From an uncultured Actinomycetes bacterium (GTDB lineage: Bacteria; Actinomycetota; Thermoleophilia; Gaiellales; Gaiellaceae), in the NCBI GenBank assembly GCA_963712465.1, contig CAVQHY010000007.1, positions 81,379 through 145,378 on the forward strand: a stretch of 64,000 nt of DNA. Direction: 5' to 3'. The first letter of the stretch is position 1. Every line of letters starts with the position of its first letter. The notes under the pieces were generated by a model. The model worked only from the letters and a program-made list of their open reading frames with translations. It ran no database searches and was not told the DNA's origin. Both the position numbers and the translations under genes were made by a program. This document shows positions 9,258 through 17,914 of this stretch, piece after piece.

Positions 9258-9671
9258 ATGAAGACCATCGTCGTCGGCTATGACGCAACCGAGCCGGCCA
9301 AGCGAGCCCTCGAGCGAGCTGGTGAGCTCGCAAAGGCATTTGGCGCCCACGTGATCGTCACGAGCGTCGCGCGGCCGCTCGTTCCTGCCGGGCGCAGCAT
9401 GGGCGCGATCGACCCGGTCGACCCACCCGAGAAGCACGAGGAGGAGGCCAAGCACGCTTCGGAGTCCCTCGAGGAGCGCGGGCTCGGGAGCGAGTACGTC
9501 GTCGCGGTGGGCGACCCCGCTGATCACATCGTCGAGCTTGCCGAGCAACGCGGAGCAGACCTGATCGTCGTCGGGACGCGCGAGCCCAACCTGATCGAGC
9601 GTCTGCTCGGCCTGAGCGTGAGCGACGGCGTTCAGCGCAAGGCGCACTGCGACGTGCTCATCGTCCATTGA
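9258..9671 (+). CDS. Universal stress protein (UspA family).
   Basis: MKTIVVGYDATEPAKRALERAGELA...ADLIVVGTREPNLIERLLGLSVSDGVQRKAHCDVLIVH. AGGAGG Shine-Dalgarno sequence just upstream of the ATG. Confidence 0.85.
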   Translation: MKTIVVGYDATEPAKRALERAGELAKAFGAHVIVTSVARPLVPAGRSMGAIDPVDPPEKHEEEAKHASESLEERGLGSEYVVAVGDPADHIVELAEQRGADLIVVGTREPNLIERLLGLSVSDGVQRKAHCDVLIVH

Positions 9672-9696
9672 CGAACCTCGAGACCTGCAGGAAGCC

Positions 9697-10953
9697 ATGA
9701 GCGACAGCAGCGCGACCAGGGTGCTCATCGCCGGAGGTGGTGTCGCGGCGCTCGAGGCCGCCCTCGCCCTGAGAGCGCTCGCCGACACACGCGTGAGCGT
9801 GGAGCTTGTCGCGCCCGAGCCGCATTTCTGGTACCGGCCGCTCTCCGTGACGGAGGCGTTCGGGCTCGGCGAGGCCCTGCGGTTCGAGCTCTCGGCGCTG
9901 GCGACGGCCGCAGGGGCGACCTTCTCGCCGGCAGCGCTGGTCGACGTCGACGCGAAGGGGCACCGTGTCCGCACGTCATCAGGCGCCGTGATCCCGTACG
10001 ACGTGCTCCTGGTTGCCTGCGGGGCGGTCCCGGCCCCCGCCGTCCGCGGCGCTCTCACCTTCCGCGGTCCGGCCGACGTCGAGAAGATTCAACGTCTTCT
10101 CGTTGAGCTCGCCGACGGCGTGGTACGCAGCGTCGCGTTCGTCATACCCCTGGGTGCGGTGTGGTCGCTGCCGGCCTACGAGCTGGCGCTTCTGACGGGC
10201 GCCCACCTCGCGGCGCGCGAGATCCACGGCGTCGAGCTTGCGCTCGTCACGCCCGAGCGGGAGCCACTACAGCTCTTCGGGCCCGCGGCGACCGAGGCCG
10301 TGCGCGAGCTGCTGCGCGAGCGTGGCGTGACCGTCCACGCCGGCGTCTACGCGGACGGGGTCGTCGACGGCGCGCTGTCGCTCGGGCCCGAGGGGAAGCT
10401 GATGGCCGACCGGGTCGTCGCGCTGCCTCGCCTCTACGGCCCGCGGCTCGCCGGGCTCCCGGAGACCGCCGACGGCTTCGTCCCGGTCGACGCACACGGG
10501 CGGGTGTACGGGCTCCAGGACGTCTTCGCTGCCGGCGACGCCACGAGCTTTCCGGTCAAGCAAGGCGGGATTGCGGCTCAGCAGGCCGAGGCCGCAGCGG
10601 AAGCGATCGCGGCGGACGCCGGCGTCGACCTCGAGCCCCGCCCGTTCCGTCCGATCCTGCGCGGACTGCTCCTGACCGGGAGCCTGCCCCGGTATCTGCG
10701 CCGTGAGATCGCCGGTGGCTCCGGCGAGACCTCTTGGGCGGGCACGGAGCCCCTGTGGTGGCCACCGGCGAAGATCGTCGGTCGCCACCTCGCGCCCTTC
10801 CTCGCAACGCTGGCAGGCACCGAGGTCCCGCGCGAGCCGCCGGCCGCGACCGGGGACGTGCCCATCGAGGTCGAGCTCGACCCGGATCGGGTCGCCCGGC
10901 TCACGGCAGGCCTGCTCGAGGTCCCGCGGAGCCGGACTCCCCCCCGGAAGTAA
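9697..10953 (+). CDS. FAD-dependent pyridine nucleotide-disulfide oxidoreductase (sulfide:quinone reductase / type II NADH dehydrogenase-like).
   Basis: N-terminal Rossmann motif RVLIAGGGVAALEAALAL. A second dinucleotide-binding region and FAAGDATSFPVKQGGIAAQQA are near the C-terminus. Confidence 0.75.
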   Translation: MSDSSATRVLIAGGGVAALEAALALRALADTRVSVELVAPEPHFWYRPLSVTEAFGLGEALRFELSALATAAGATFSPAALVDVDAKGHRVRTSSGAVIPYDVLLVACGAVPAPAVRGALTFRGPADVEKIQRLLVELADGVVRSVAFVIPLGAVWSLPAYELALLTGAHLAAREIHGVELALVTPEREPLQLFGPAATEAVRELLRERGVTVHAGVYADGVVDGALSLGPEGKLMADRVVALPRLYGPRLAGLPETADGFVPVDAHGRVYGLQDVFAAGDATSFPVKQGGIAAQQAEAAAEAIAADAGVDLEPRPFRPILRGLLLTGSLPRYLRREIAGGSGETSWAGTEPLWWPPAKIVGRHLAPFLATLAGTEVPREPPAATGDVPIEVELDPDRVARLTAGLLEVPRSRTPPRK

Positions 10954-10974
10954 CGGAAGGCGTTCGCCGACATC

Positions 10975-11328
10975 ATGGAGTTTCATTCGCTCGAGTCCAC
11001 CGAGGGCCGGCGCTATGCCGAGATGGGCCGCTTCCTGACGCCCGCCGGCGGGGAGACGAGCGACGAGGCCGCGGCCGCAAAGGATCCGACGACCGGCCGG
11101 CCGGTCGAGAACAGCCTCCGTACCCTCTGGGTGACGGAGACCGCGCTGGGCACGGCGCTCAACACCTCCTTCTTCGCCGAGCGGGTCGCACTCTTCTCGA
11201 TCGTCATGGGCGCCGCCATGCTCTTGACCGGCATCGGGTTCCTCGTCCTCACACTGGGAGGGGCACTCGGGGTCGCGGCGATTCCGGAGCGAAAGGAGAC
11301 GCTCGATACCGCGTCGGCAACGGCGTAG
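10975..11328 (+). CDS. Small hypothetical membrane protein.
   Basis: 117-aa ORF with high GC3 and one clear hydrophobic segment (LFSIVMGAAMLLTGIGFLVLTLGGALGVAAI). Confidence 0.5.
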   Translation: MEFHSLESTEGRRYAEMGRFLTPAGGETSDEAAAAKDPTTGRPVENSLRTLWVTETALGTALNTSFFAERVALFSIVMGAAMLLTGIGFLVLTLGGALGVAAIPERKETLDTASATA

Positions 11329-11364
11329 CGGCACTCGCAGCAGGCGGCGGCGGATAGGGCCGGG

Positions 11365-12159
11365 GTGCCCGCCGCCGCTGCCCGACCGCCGCCCTTGTGT
11401 CGCGCAATCGGTACCCGCCAGGTGAGCGCCAACCCATTCTCCGTCTTCGTCGCCGCCACCATCACTGCCCTGGCCACCGGCCTCGGCGCACTTCCGTTCC
11501 TCCTGAGCCGGACCCCCGACAGGTCGTGGCTCGGGCTCGCCAACGCGCTCGCGGCCGGGTTCATGATCGGCGCCAGCATCGGGCTGCTCTGGGAGGCCCG
11601 GCAGTACGGAACCGGGCGTGCCCTCGCCGGCGCAGCCGCCGGCGCGATCCTGATCGTCCTGACGCGAGCGCTGCTCGGCCGCAATCGCCAGGTCCATTTC
11701 GGTGCGTTCACCGGCGGCGACGCGACCAGGATGCTGCTGATGGTCGGAGTGATGACAGTGCACTCGTTCACCGAAGGCATCGGGATCGGCGTCGCCTTCG
11801 GCGACGGTGCGCAGCTCGGCTTCGTGATCGCCCTGGCGATCGCCGTCCACAACGTCCCCGAGGGTTTGGCGATCAGCCTCGTCCTGATTCCGCGCGGGGT
11901 TTCGGTACGCGGCGCTGCGGGCTGGAGCATCTTCTCGAGCCTGCCCCAACCCCTGATGGCCGTTCCCGCTTTCGTCTTCGTAGAGTCATTCGAGCCGTTC
12001 CTGCCTGTGGGTCTCGGATTCGCAGCCGGCGCAATGCTCTGGATGGTGGCGGCGGAGCTTCTGCCTGAAGCCGTGGAGGCGGCGCCTGTGCGGGCCGTCT
12101 CCGCGGTGGTCGTCCTCTCCGCTGCGGCGATGATCCTTCTCCAGGCTGCTCTGCTGTGA
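11365..12159 (+). CDS. ZIP-family divalent metal (zinc) transporter.
   Basis: VHSFTEGIGIGVAF and AIAVHNVPEGLAISLVL are ZIP signature helices. Start uncertain; an alternative in-frame GTG at 11422 gives VSANPFSVFVAAT. Confidence 0.75.
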   Translation: MPAAAARPPPLCRAIGTRQVSANPFSVFVAATITALATGLGALPFLLSRTPDRSWLGLANALAAGFMIGASIGLLWEARQYGTGRALAGAAAGAILIVLTRALLGRNRQVHFGAFTGGDATRMLLMVGVMTVHSFTEGIGIGVAFGDGAQLGFVIALAIAVHNVPEGLAISLVLIPRGVSVRGAAGWSIFSSLPQPLMAVPAFVFVESFEPFLPVGLGFAAGAMLWMVAAELLPEAVEAAPVRAVSAVVVLSAAAMILLQAALL

Positions 12160-12223
12160 GGCTGAGCCGCTCGGCCGGCCGGGCGCTCCGCAGCTCGATC
12201 GTCTGCGTCGAGCCGCCACGCCT

Positions 12224-12862
12224 TCACTCCTCGAGCAGCCCCTCCGAGATCGCGTACCGAACGAGCTCTGCCCGGCTGGAGAGCCGGAGCTTTTGCATGA
12301 TGTGCGCCCGGTGCGTCTCGGCCGTGCGAACGGAGATGAATAGCATCTTCGCGATCTCCTGATTGGTATGACCGAGCGCGAGCAGACGAAGCACCTCGCG
12401 CTCGCGGTCGGAGAGCGGGTCGGCCGCGGCTCGCTTGCGTTCCTCGGCCTCGGCGGCGAGCAGCCGGGCGCCGAGCGCCGGGTGGAGGTAGCGCTCCCCG
12501 GCGGCCACGGCGCGGACGGCGCCCACGACCTCCGTGTCGGCAGCTTCCTTGAGGATGTAGCCGCTCGCCCCGGCGTCGAACGCCTCGCGCACGTAGCGCG
12601 GGTCGTCCTGCATCGACAGCATGAGCACCTTGGCGTCGGGGACCGCCTGCCGCAGGGCGGGCATCCCTTCGATGCCGCTCCGTCCCGGCATGACGACATC
12701 GAGGAGGACGACGTCTGGCCTGTGGGTCATCGCCTCGAACACTGCACGGTCTGCGTCGGCAGCCTCGGCGACCGCCTCGATGTCCGGTTCTGCGTCGAGC
12801 ACACGTCGCAGGCCGGCGCGCACCACCGCGTGGTCGTCGACCACGAGGACGCGGATGCTCAC
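12224..12862 (-). CDS. NarL/LuxR-family response regulator (DevR/DosR-like).
   Basis: Receiver domain MSIRVLVVDDHAVVRAGL...DVVLLDVVMPG. C-terminal LuxR HTH LSDREREVLRLLALGHTNQEIAKMLFISVRTAETHRAHIMQKL. 4-nt overlap with the kinase gene. Confidence 0.9.
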   Translation of the reverse strand: MSIRVLVVDDHAVVRAGLRRVLDAEPDIEAVAEAADADRAVFEAMTHRPDVVLLDVVMPGRSGIEGMPALRQAVPDAKVLMLSMQDDPRYVREAFDAGASGYILKEAADTEVVGAVRAVAAGERYLHPALGARLLAAEAEERKRAAADPLSDREREVLRLLALGHTNQEIAKMLFISVRTAETHRAHIMQKLRLSSRAELVRYAISEGLLEE

Positions 12863-14505
12863 CGCAGCGGAACCTCCACCACGAGCGTCGTTCCCTTGCC
12901 CTTGCTGGACTCGACCCGGAGGCGACCGTCCACGAGCGCGACCCGCTCGCGCATCCCGACGAGGCCGAACCCCTCGTGCCGCGCCGCCGCGGGATCGAAG
13001 CCGCGGCCGTCGTCCTCGATCACCAGGGTGACGCCGCGGGCGTCCTCGTCGTCGAGGTCGATGGTGACCCGCCGTGCGCCGGAGTGCTTGACCACGTTCG
13101 TCAGCGCCTCCTGCACGATCCGGTAGAGGGCGGTCTCGACCTCGCTCGGCAGACGCTTGTCTCGGAGCCGGGACTGGAGAACGACGAGGAGCCCCGTCTG
13201 CTCGCGGAACGTCTCGGTGAGTCGTTCCAGCGCCGGACCCAGGCCGAAATCGTCGAGGACCGAGGGACGGAGCTCGACCGCCAGCCGGCGGACGTCCTGA
13301 AGCGTCGACACGACGAGCTCGCGAACCGAGGCCATCGCAGCCCGGCCGTCGTCGCCGGCGAGCGCCTGCTCGAGCGGCTTCAGGCCGAGGAGAATCGACG
13401 TGAGCGCCTGACCGGTCTCGTCGTGCAGCTCACGCGCCAGGCGCTCGCGCTCCAGCTCCTGGGCGGCGACGACGCGGCCGACGACATCTCGGCCGACGCG
13501 CTGCGAAAGGTCGACGGCAACGGCAGCGCGAGAGGCGAGCGCCTCGGCGAGACGAAGGTCGTCGTCGGTGAACGCGGGCGTGTCTCCGCTCTTGTCGTGG
13601 GCGATGATGACCCCGATCGGCCGGCCGCGCACGACGAGGGGGACGAACAGCGCCGAGTGGACGCCCAGCCGCCGGGCCACCTGCTGATCGATCTCCGGAT
13701 CCTCGAGCACGGAATCGACCCGCTCGCTCCGTCCCCGCTCGACCACCCGTCCTGCCTTCGAGCCTGCCAGCCCGAGGCGGATGCCGACGACGCCGTCTGC
13801 CTCCCCCTCGGCGGCGACGACGCCGAGCGTCTCGCCGCCGTCCGGTAGCGCGATCAGCACCAACCGGGCGTCGACGAGCTCGCGCAGATGACGGGCGACC
13901 AGACCGAGCAGCGGCTCGAGCTCGAGCTCCGAGACCAGGGCGTCCGAGATCTCGTTGAGCGACTCGAGCTGGCGAAGCCAGCGCGTCGACGTCTCGTAGA
14001 GGCGAGCGTTCTCGATCGCAACTGCCGCCTGGGCGGCCAGGAGCTGCGTCACCTCCTCGTCCTCCTCGGTGAAGTCGTCCCCGCCCTCCTTCTCCGTCAG
14101 GTAGAGATTCCCGTAGGCGACGCCGCGGAGGAGGATCGGCACCCCGAGGAACGTCTTCATCGGCGGGTGATGTTGCGGGAACCCGACCGAGCGCGGGTCG
14201 TCGGCAAGGTCGTGTAGCCGCAGCGTCCGTGCCTCGCGGATCAGGACTCCGAGGATGCCGCGCCCGCGCGGCAGCTCCCCGATCAGCGCGTGTGTCGTGG
14301 GGTCGATCCCTGTCGTCAGGAACCGTTCGAGTGCCTGCCCTGACTTGTCGATCACCCCGAGCGCTGCGTACCTGGCGCCCGTCAGCTGAGCCGCCGTCTC
14401 CACGATCCGTTGCAGGAGCGCGTCGAGCGAGAGCTCCGAGCTGAGTGCGATGCCAGCGTCGACGAGAACACGCAGGCGGTCGAGCTTCCTCGTCGAGGGT
14501 TCCAC
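12859..14505 (-). CDS. Tandem-GAF sensor histidine kinase (DevS/DosS-like, HisKA_3 type).
   Basis: Two GAF-like regions, the H-box ELHDETGQALTSILLGL, and an HATPase_c region (ALTNVVKHSGA...IEDDGRGF...GFGLVGMRERV). Confidence 0.85.
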   Translation of the reverse strand: MEPSTRKLDRLRVLVDAGIALSSELSLDALLQRIVETAAQLTGARYAALGVIDKSGQALERFLTTGIDPTTHALIGELPRGRGILGVLIREARTLRLHDLADDPRSVGFPQHHPPMKTFLGVPILLRGVAYGNLYLTEKEGGDDFTEEDEEVTQLLAAQAAVAIENARLYETSTRWLRQLESLNEISDALVSELELEPLLGLVARHLRELVDARLVLIALPDGGETLGVVAAEGEADGVVGIRLGLAGSKAGRVVERGRSERVDSVLEDPEIDQQVARRLGVHSALFVPLVVRGRPIGVIIAHDKSGDTPAFTDDDLRLAEALASRAAVAVDLSQRVGRDVVGRVVAAQELERERLARELHDETGQALTSILLGLKPLEQALAGDDGRAAMASVRELVVSTLQDVRRLAVELRPSVLDDFGLGPALERLTETFREQTGLLVVLQSRLRDKRLPSEVETALYRIVQEALTNVVKHSGARRVTIDLDDEDARGVTLVIEDDGRGFDPAAARHEGFGLVGMRERVALVDGRLRVESSKGKGTTLVVEVPLR

Positions 14506-14565
14506 GACGACATTCTTGCCGAGCGTGCCCCACCTGATCCTCGAAACGCGGATCCTCCCGCCGTG

Positions 14566-15111
14566 TCAGTCGCCTCCAGAAGCGACCTTGCCTGACGCGG
14601 GCACGCCGCTCACGGCGAGGTCGCGCGGGGCAAGCGTGTCGGCAATGTCGTCTGACCAGGCCTTGATCGCGTCCCAGTCGCGCGCGTCCGAACGGGGCAT
14701 CCGATTGAAGGGGAAGTGAAGCCTGGCTGGATCGACGACGCCGCCGAAGACGGTCACGGCGATCGGCTCGACTCCCTTGGCTTTTACCAGGGCGTGGTCG
14801 AGCTGCTTGCGTGCGCCGGCAACGTCGCTCTCCTTCATGGTCAGGGGGCCCATCCCGAAGACGGCGAGGGGAAGCCCCGCGAGCACCTCGCGGTGTCGCT
14901 TCAGAAAGCCGCGGGCGTCCTTGTGCCAGCGGCCCATGTAGAGCGAGCCTCCGAGCACGACGCCGGCATACCCGGTGAGGTCGTCGACGTCGCCGGCAGG
15001 ACGCGTGTCGACGGAGAGGCCCCGTCCGCGCAGGGCCGCTGCCACGGCCTCTGCAACCTCGCGTGTCGACCCCTCTTTCGTGGCGTACGCGACGAGGACG
15101 GAACGTGTCAT
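14566..15111 (-). CDS. Flavodoxin-domain protein (HemG-like long flavodoxin).
   Basis: MTRSVLVAYATKEGSTREVAEAVAAAL...VVLGGSLYMGRWHKDARGFL. ATG at 15111 overlaps the stop of the upstream transporter gene. The longer 375-aa track ORF is an out-of-context N-terminal extension. Confidence 0.8.
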   Translation of the reverse strand: MTRSVLVAYATKEGSTREVAEAVAAALRGRGLSVDTRPAGDVDDLTGYAGVVLGGSLYMGRWHKDARGFLKRHREVLAGLPLAVFGMGPLTMKESDVAGARKQLDHALVKAKGVEPIAVTVFGGVVDPARLHFPFNRMPRSDARDWDAIKAWSDDIADTLAPRDLAVSGVPASGKVASGGD

Positions 15112-16028
15112 GCGAGCTCCTTTCTCGACGGCGGTACTGGCGGGTCGGCGCGCCCTGACCGCAGATAGACGAACCAGTAGATCCCCCCGACCATGAGCGC
15201 TCCGCCGATGAGATTCCCGATCGTCACGGGCACGAGGTTGTCGACAAAGAACGACCGCCAGGTCAGATGCGAGAGATCCGGCAAGTCCGACTGGCCGTCG
15301 ATCCAACCGGTCTGAGCCTTGAGGAACAGCCCGAACGGGATGAAGTACATGTTCGCGATCGAGTGCTCGAAGCCGGCGGCGACGAAGGCGGCTATCGGCA
15401 GCACGATCGCGAGAATCCGATCCGCGGTCGTCCGCGCGCTGTAGGTCAACCAGACCGCGAGACACACGAGCGCGTTGCAGAACACGCCGAGCGCAATCGC
15501 CTGGACGAAGCCGAGATCGGTCTTGGCGACGGCGATGCTCAGCGCTTGGTCCCCTACTGCTCCTCCTCCGAACGTGTACTGCTTCGTGAGCAGCATCAGG
15601 GCCGCCGTCAGCAGAGCGCCGACGAAGTTCCCCACGTAGACGAGCCCGAGGTTGGCAAGCAGCGGGCCTGTCGCGATCCGCCTGCTCGCCCACCCCATCA
15701 CGAGGAGGTTGTTGCCCGTGAAGAGCTCCGCTCCGGCGACGACGACGAGGACGAGGCCGAGCGAGAACGCGAGGCCGCCGAGGAGCCGCTCGACCCCGTA
15801 CGGCACCCCCTCGTCGCCCGCCATCACCGTGGTCATGAACACCGCACCCATGGCGATGAACGCACCTGCGAGAACGGCGAGCGCAAAGGTCGTCACCGCA
15901 CCTGCGGCCACCTTGCGGACTCCTATCGTCGCGGCACGGCCCGCCATCTCGGCCGGCGTGAACGCGTCGATCGCGAGCGGGACCGACGATGCGCTCCTCC
16001 GATCGTCCCTCTCCGCGACGCTCGTCAA
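15108..16028 (-). CDS. Formate/nitrite transporter family protein (FocA/NirC-like).
   Basis: LAGAFIAMGAVF...AGAELFTGNN...FCNALVCLAVW...AAGFEHSIANMYF are FNT signature motifs. The start is set at in-frame TTG 16028, where GC3 becomes coding-like. The ATG at 16157 lies in low-GC3 sequence. Confidence 0.8.
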   Translation of the reverse strand: MTSVAERDDRRSASSVPLAIDAFTPAEMAGRAATIGVRKVAAGAVTTFALAVLAGAFIAMGAVFMTTVMAGDEGVPYGVERLLGGLAFSLGLVLVVVAGAELFTGNNLLVMGWASRRIATGPLLANLGLVYVGNFVGALLTAALMLLTKQYTFGGGAVGDQALSIAVAKTDLGFVQAIALGVFCNALVCLAVWLTYSARTTADRILAIVLPIAAFVAAGFEHSIANMYFIPFGLFLKAQTGWIDGQSDLPDLSHLTWRSFFVDNLVPVTIGNLIGGALMVGGIYWFVYLRSGRADPPVPPSRKELA

Positions 16029-16090
16029 CCGCGTCCCACGCTGGTCACGCCCGCACGATCGTCGACCTTCACCATGTCGCTCGTCATCAT
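16025..16090 (-). CDS. Candidate 21-aa upstream ORF (MMTSDMVKVDDRAGVTSVGRG) coupled to the FNT transporter gene.
   Basis: AGGAG lies 10 nt upstream of ATG 16090. GC3 is high. Its TGA overlaps the transporter TTG start (TTGA). Confidence 0.3.
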   Translation of the reverse strand: MMTSDMVKVDDRAGVTSVGRG

Positions 16091-16189
16091 GTCCTCGACT
16101 CTCCTGGCGTTCTCCGAAGCGCTCGGCGCCCGTGCGACGAACGTCATTCGGGGTCACGCCGATCAGTCCTGCGGGCCACTACGGACGCC

Positions 16190-16630
16190 TCACGAAACCC
16201 CGGCCGCGTGGACGATCAGAACGGGCACTTCAGCATGCTGTGCGCACTCGCTCGAGACCGAGCCGAGGAGGAGCCCCACGAAGCCGCCGTGGCCCCTCGA
16301 CCCGACGACGAGCAGGTCGGCCCGGGCCGCCTCCTCGAGGAGAACGCTTGCGGCCCGTCCCTCTCGTACTACGTGCTCGACCTCGAGCCCCTCGAGATCG
16401 CCTCCAAGGCGCTTCAAGGTCTCCTTCTGAATCGCCTCCGCGTTCCCTTGGAACTCCTCGTTCATTCCGACCAGTGGCGACGCACCCACGCCGCCGTAGG
16501 CGACCGCCGGCACGTGCCACGTAGTCACCAGGAGCAGCCGGGCGCCCCGAAGCCGTGCCTCCCGAGCCGCATGGCGAACCGCCTCGTCGGCGCCCGGCGA
16601 GCCGTCCACCCCTACCACGATCGTCTCCAC
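16190..16630 (-). CDS. Universal stress protein (UspA family).
   Basis: METIVVGVDGSPGADEAVRHAAREA...ADLLVVGSRGHGGFVGLLLGSVSSECAQHAEVPVLIV. Confidence 0.85.
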   Translation of the reverse strand: METIVVGVDGSPGADEAVRHAAREARLRGARLLLVTTWHVPAVAYGGVGASPLVGMNEEFQGNAEAIQKETLKRLGGDLEGLEVEHVVREGRAASVLLEEAARADLLVVGSRGHGGFVGLLLGSVSSECAQHAEVPVLIVHAAGVS

Positions 16631-16975
16631 TGACGTCCTCCTTGGTCAGCCCGTCGACTACTCCCGTCGCCCAGATCGCTTTCGCATAGGCGCAAGACTC
16701 GCCGGGCCGGTCGCGTCGAGCATCCGCATTCCTGCTGGTCGGAGGTGCGGACAACTACGGACCTCAACCCGCCGCCGCCACGAGCGTGCGTGGTTCTCCG
16801 AAGCAGGATGCGGGATTTGCTCTGGACGAATCAGGGTCACGCCGATGGCGCGGAGGCCTGTTCGGCCGAGCATGAGCCGGTTCGTTCGCACACTCCCACC
16901 CGTCTTGCAGGATCGCCTCACGGTCAATCAGGAACACCGGCCGTGGCTGCAAGATGATTGCGACAGAATTGGCCC

Positions 16976-17914
16976 ATGCTCGTGAGCGTCCTCGCCGGTG
17001 GGGTCGGAGCCGCACGCTTCCTCGACGGCCTCGTCGGCGTCGTCCCGCCGCGGGACGTGACCGTCGTCGGCAACGTCGGCGACGACTTCGAGCACCTCGG
17101 TCTGCACGTGTCGCCGGATCTCGACACCATCCTCTACACGCTCGCAGGAATCGTCGACCCGGAGCAGGGATGGGGGCGGGCCGATGAGACCTCGAATGCG
17201 CTCGCGACCGTTCGGACGCTGGGCGGCGAGGACTGGTTTTACCTCGGCGATCGCGACATCGGCCTCCACGTCGTCCGCACCGAGCGGTTGCGCCGAGGCG
17301 AACCTCTCTCGTCGATCACCGCGGACATCGCCCGCCGCCTCGATCTGGGGGTGCGCCTCCTGCCGGCGACGGACGACCAGGTTCGGACGATGCTGCGGAC
17401 GCCGAGCGGCTGGCTCGACTTCCAGACGTACTTCGTGCGCCGTCGCCACCAGGACGACGTCCTCGAGCTCGAATATCGTGGGGCCGGCGACGCAGTTGCG
17501 GCGCCCGGGGTGATCGAGGCGATCTCCGGCGCCGACGTCGTCGTCGTGGCTCCCTCGAACCCGTTTCTCTCGATCGAGCCCATACTGGCGATCGACGGCG
17601 TTCGGGCGGCGCTGAAGGCCCGAACCGGCCCCGTCGTCGCGGTCAGCCCGATCGTGGACGGCCGCGCGATCAAGGGCCCTGCCGATCGGATGCTCCGCTC
17701 GCTCGCGGGCGAGGCGAGCCCACGCGCCGTCGCCGAGCGCTACCGGGATTTCCTGACGCACATGCTCGTGGACACGACCGACGCCGAGTTCGTCGACGTG
17801 CTCGGATCGCTGGGAATCGCGGCCGCCGCGCAAGACACGCTGCTCGACCGGCACGACAGTCGCGTGGCCGTCGCCCGGGCTGCGCTCGACCTCGTCGCCA
17901 GGTACCGTGAATGA
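16976..17914 (+). CDS. cofD: 2-phospho-L-lactate transferase (CofD/FbiA).
   Basis: MLVSVLAGGVGAARFLDGL...VGNVGDDFEHLGLHVSPDLDTILYTLAG...APSNPFLSIEPIL. The ORF track begins at TTG 16958, but ATG 16976 fits the conserved N-terminus. Confidence 0.9.
   Translation: MLVSVLAGGVGAARFLDGLVGVVPPRDVTVVGNVGDDFEHLGLHVSPDLDTILYTLAGIVDPEQGWGRADETSNALATVRTLGGEDWFYLGDRDIGLHVVRTERLRRGEPLSSITADIARRLDLGVRLLPATDDQVRTMLRTPSGWLDFQTYFVRRRHQDDVLELEYRGAGDAVAAPGVIEAISGADVVVVAPSNPFLSIEPILAIDGVRAALKARTGPVVAVSPIVDGRAIKGPADRMLRSLAGEASPRAVAERYRDFLTHMLVDTTDAEFVDVLGSLGIAAAAQDTLLDRHDSRVAVARAALDLVARYRE

Noticed and set aside
12160-12223. Hairpin terminator between the convergent ZIP transporter and response-regulator genes (GAGCCGCTCGGCCGGCCGGGCGCTC).
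   Set aside because: The pairing is imperfect (only the central CGGCC/GGCCG core pairs cleanly) and there is no T-tract. It is too weak to call.
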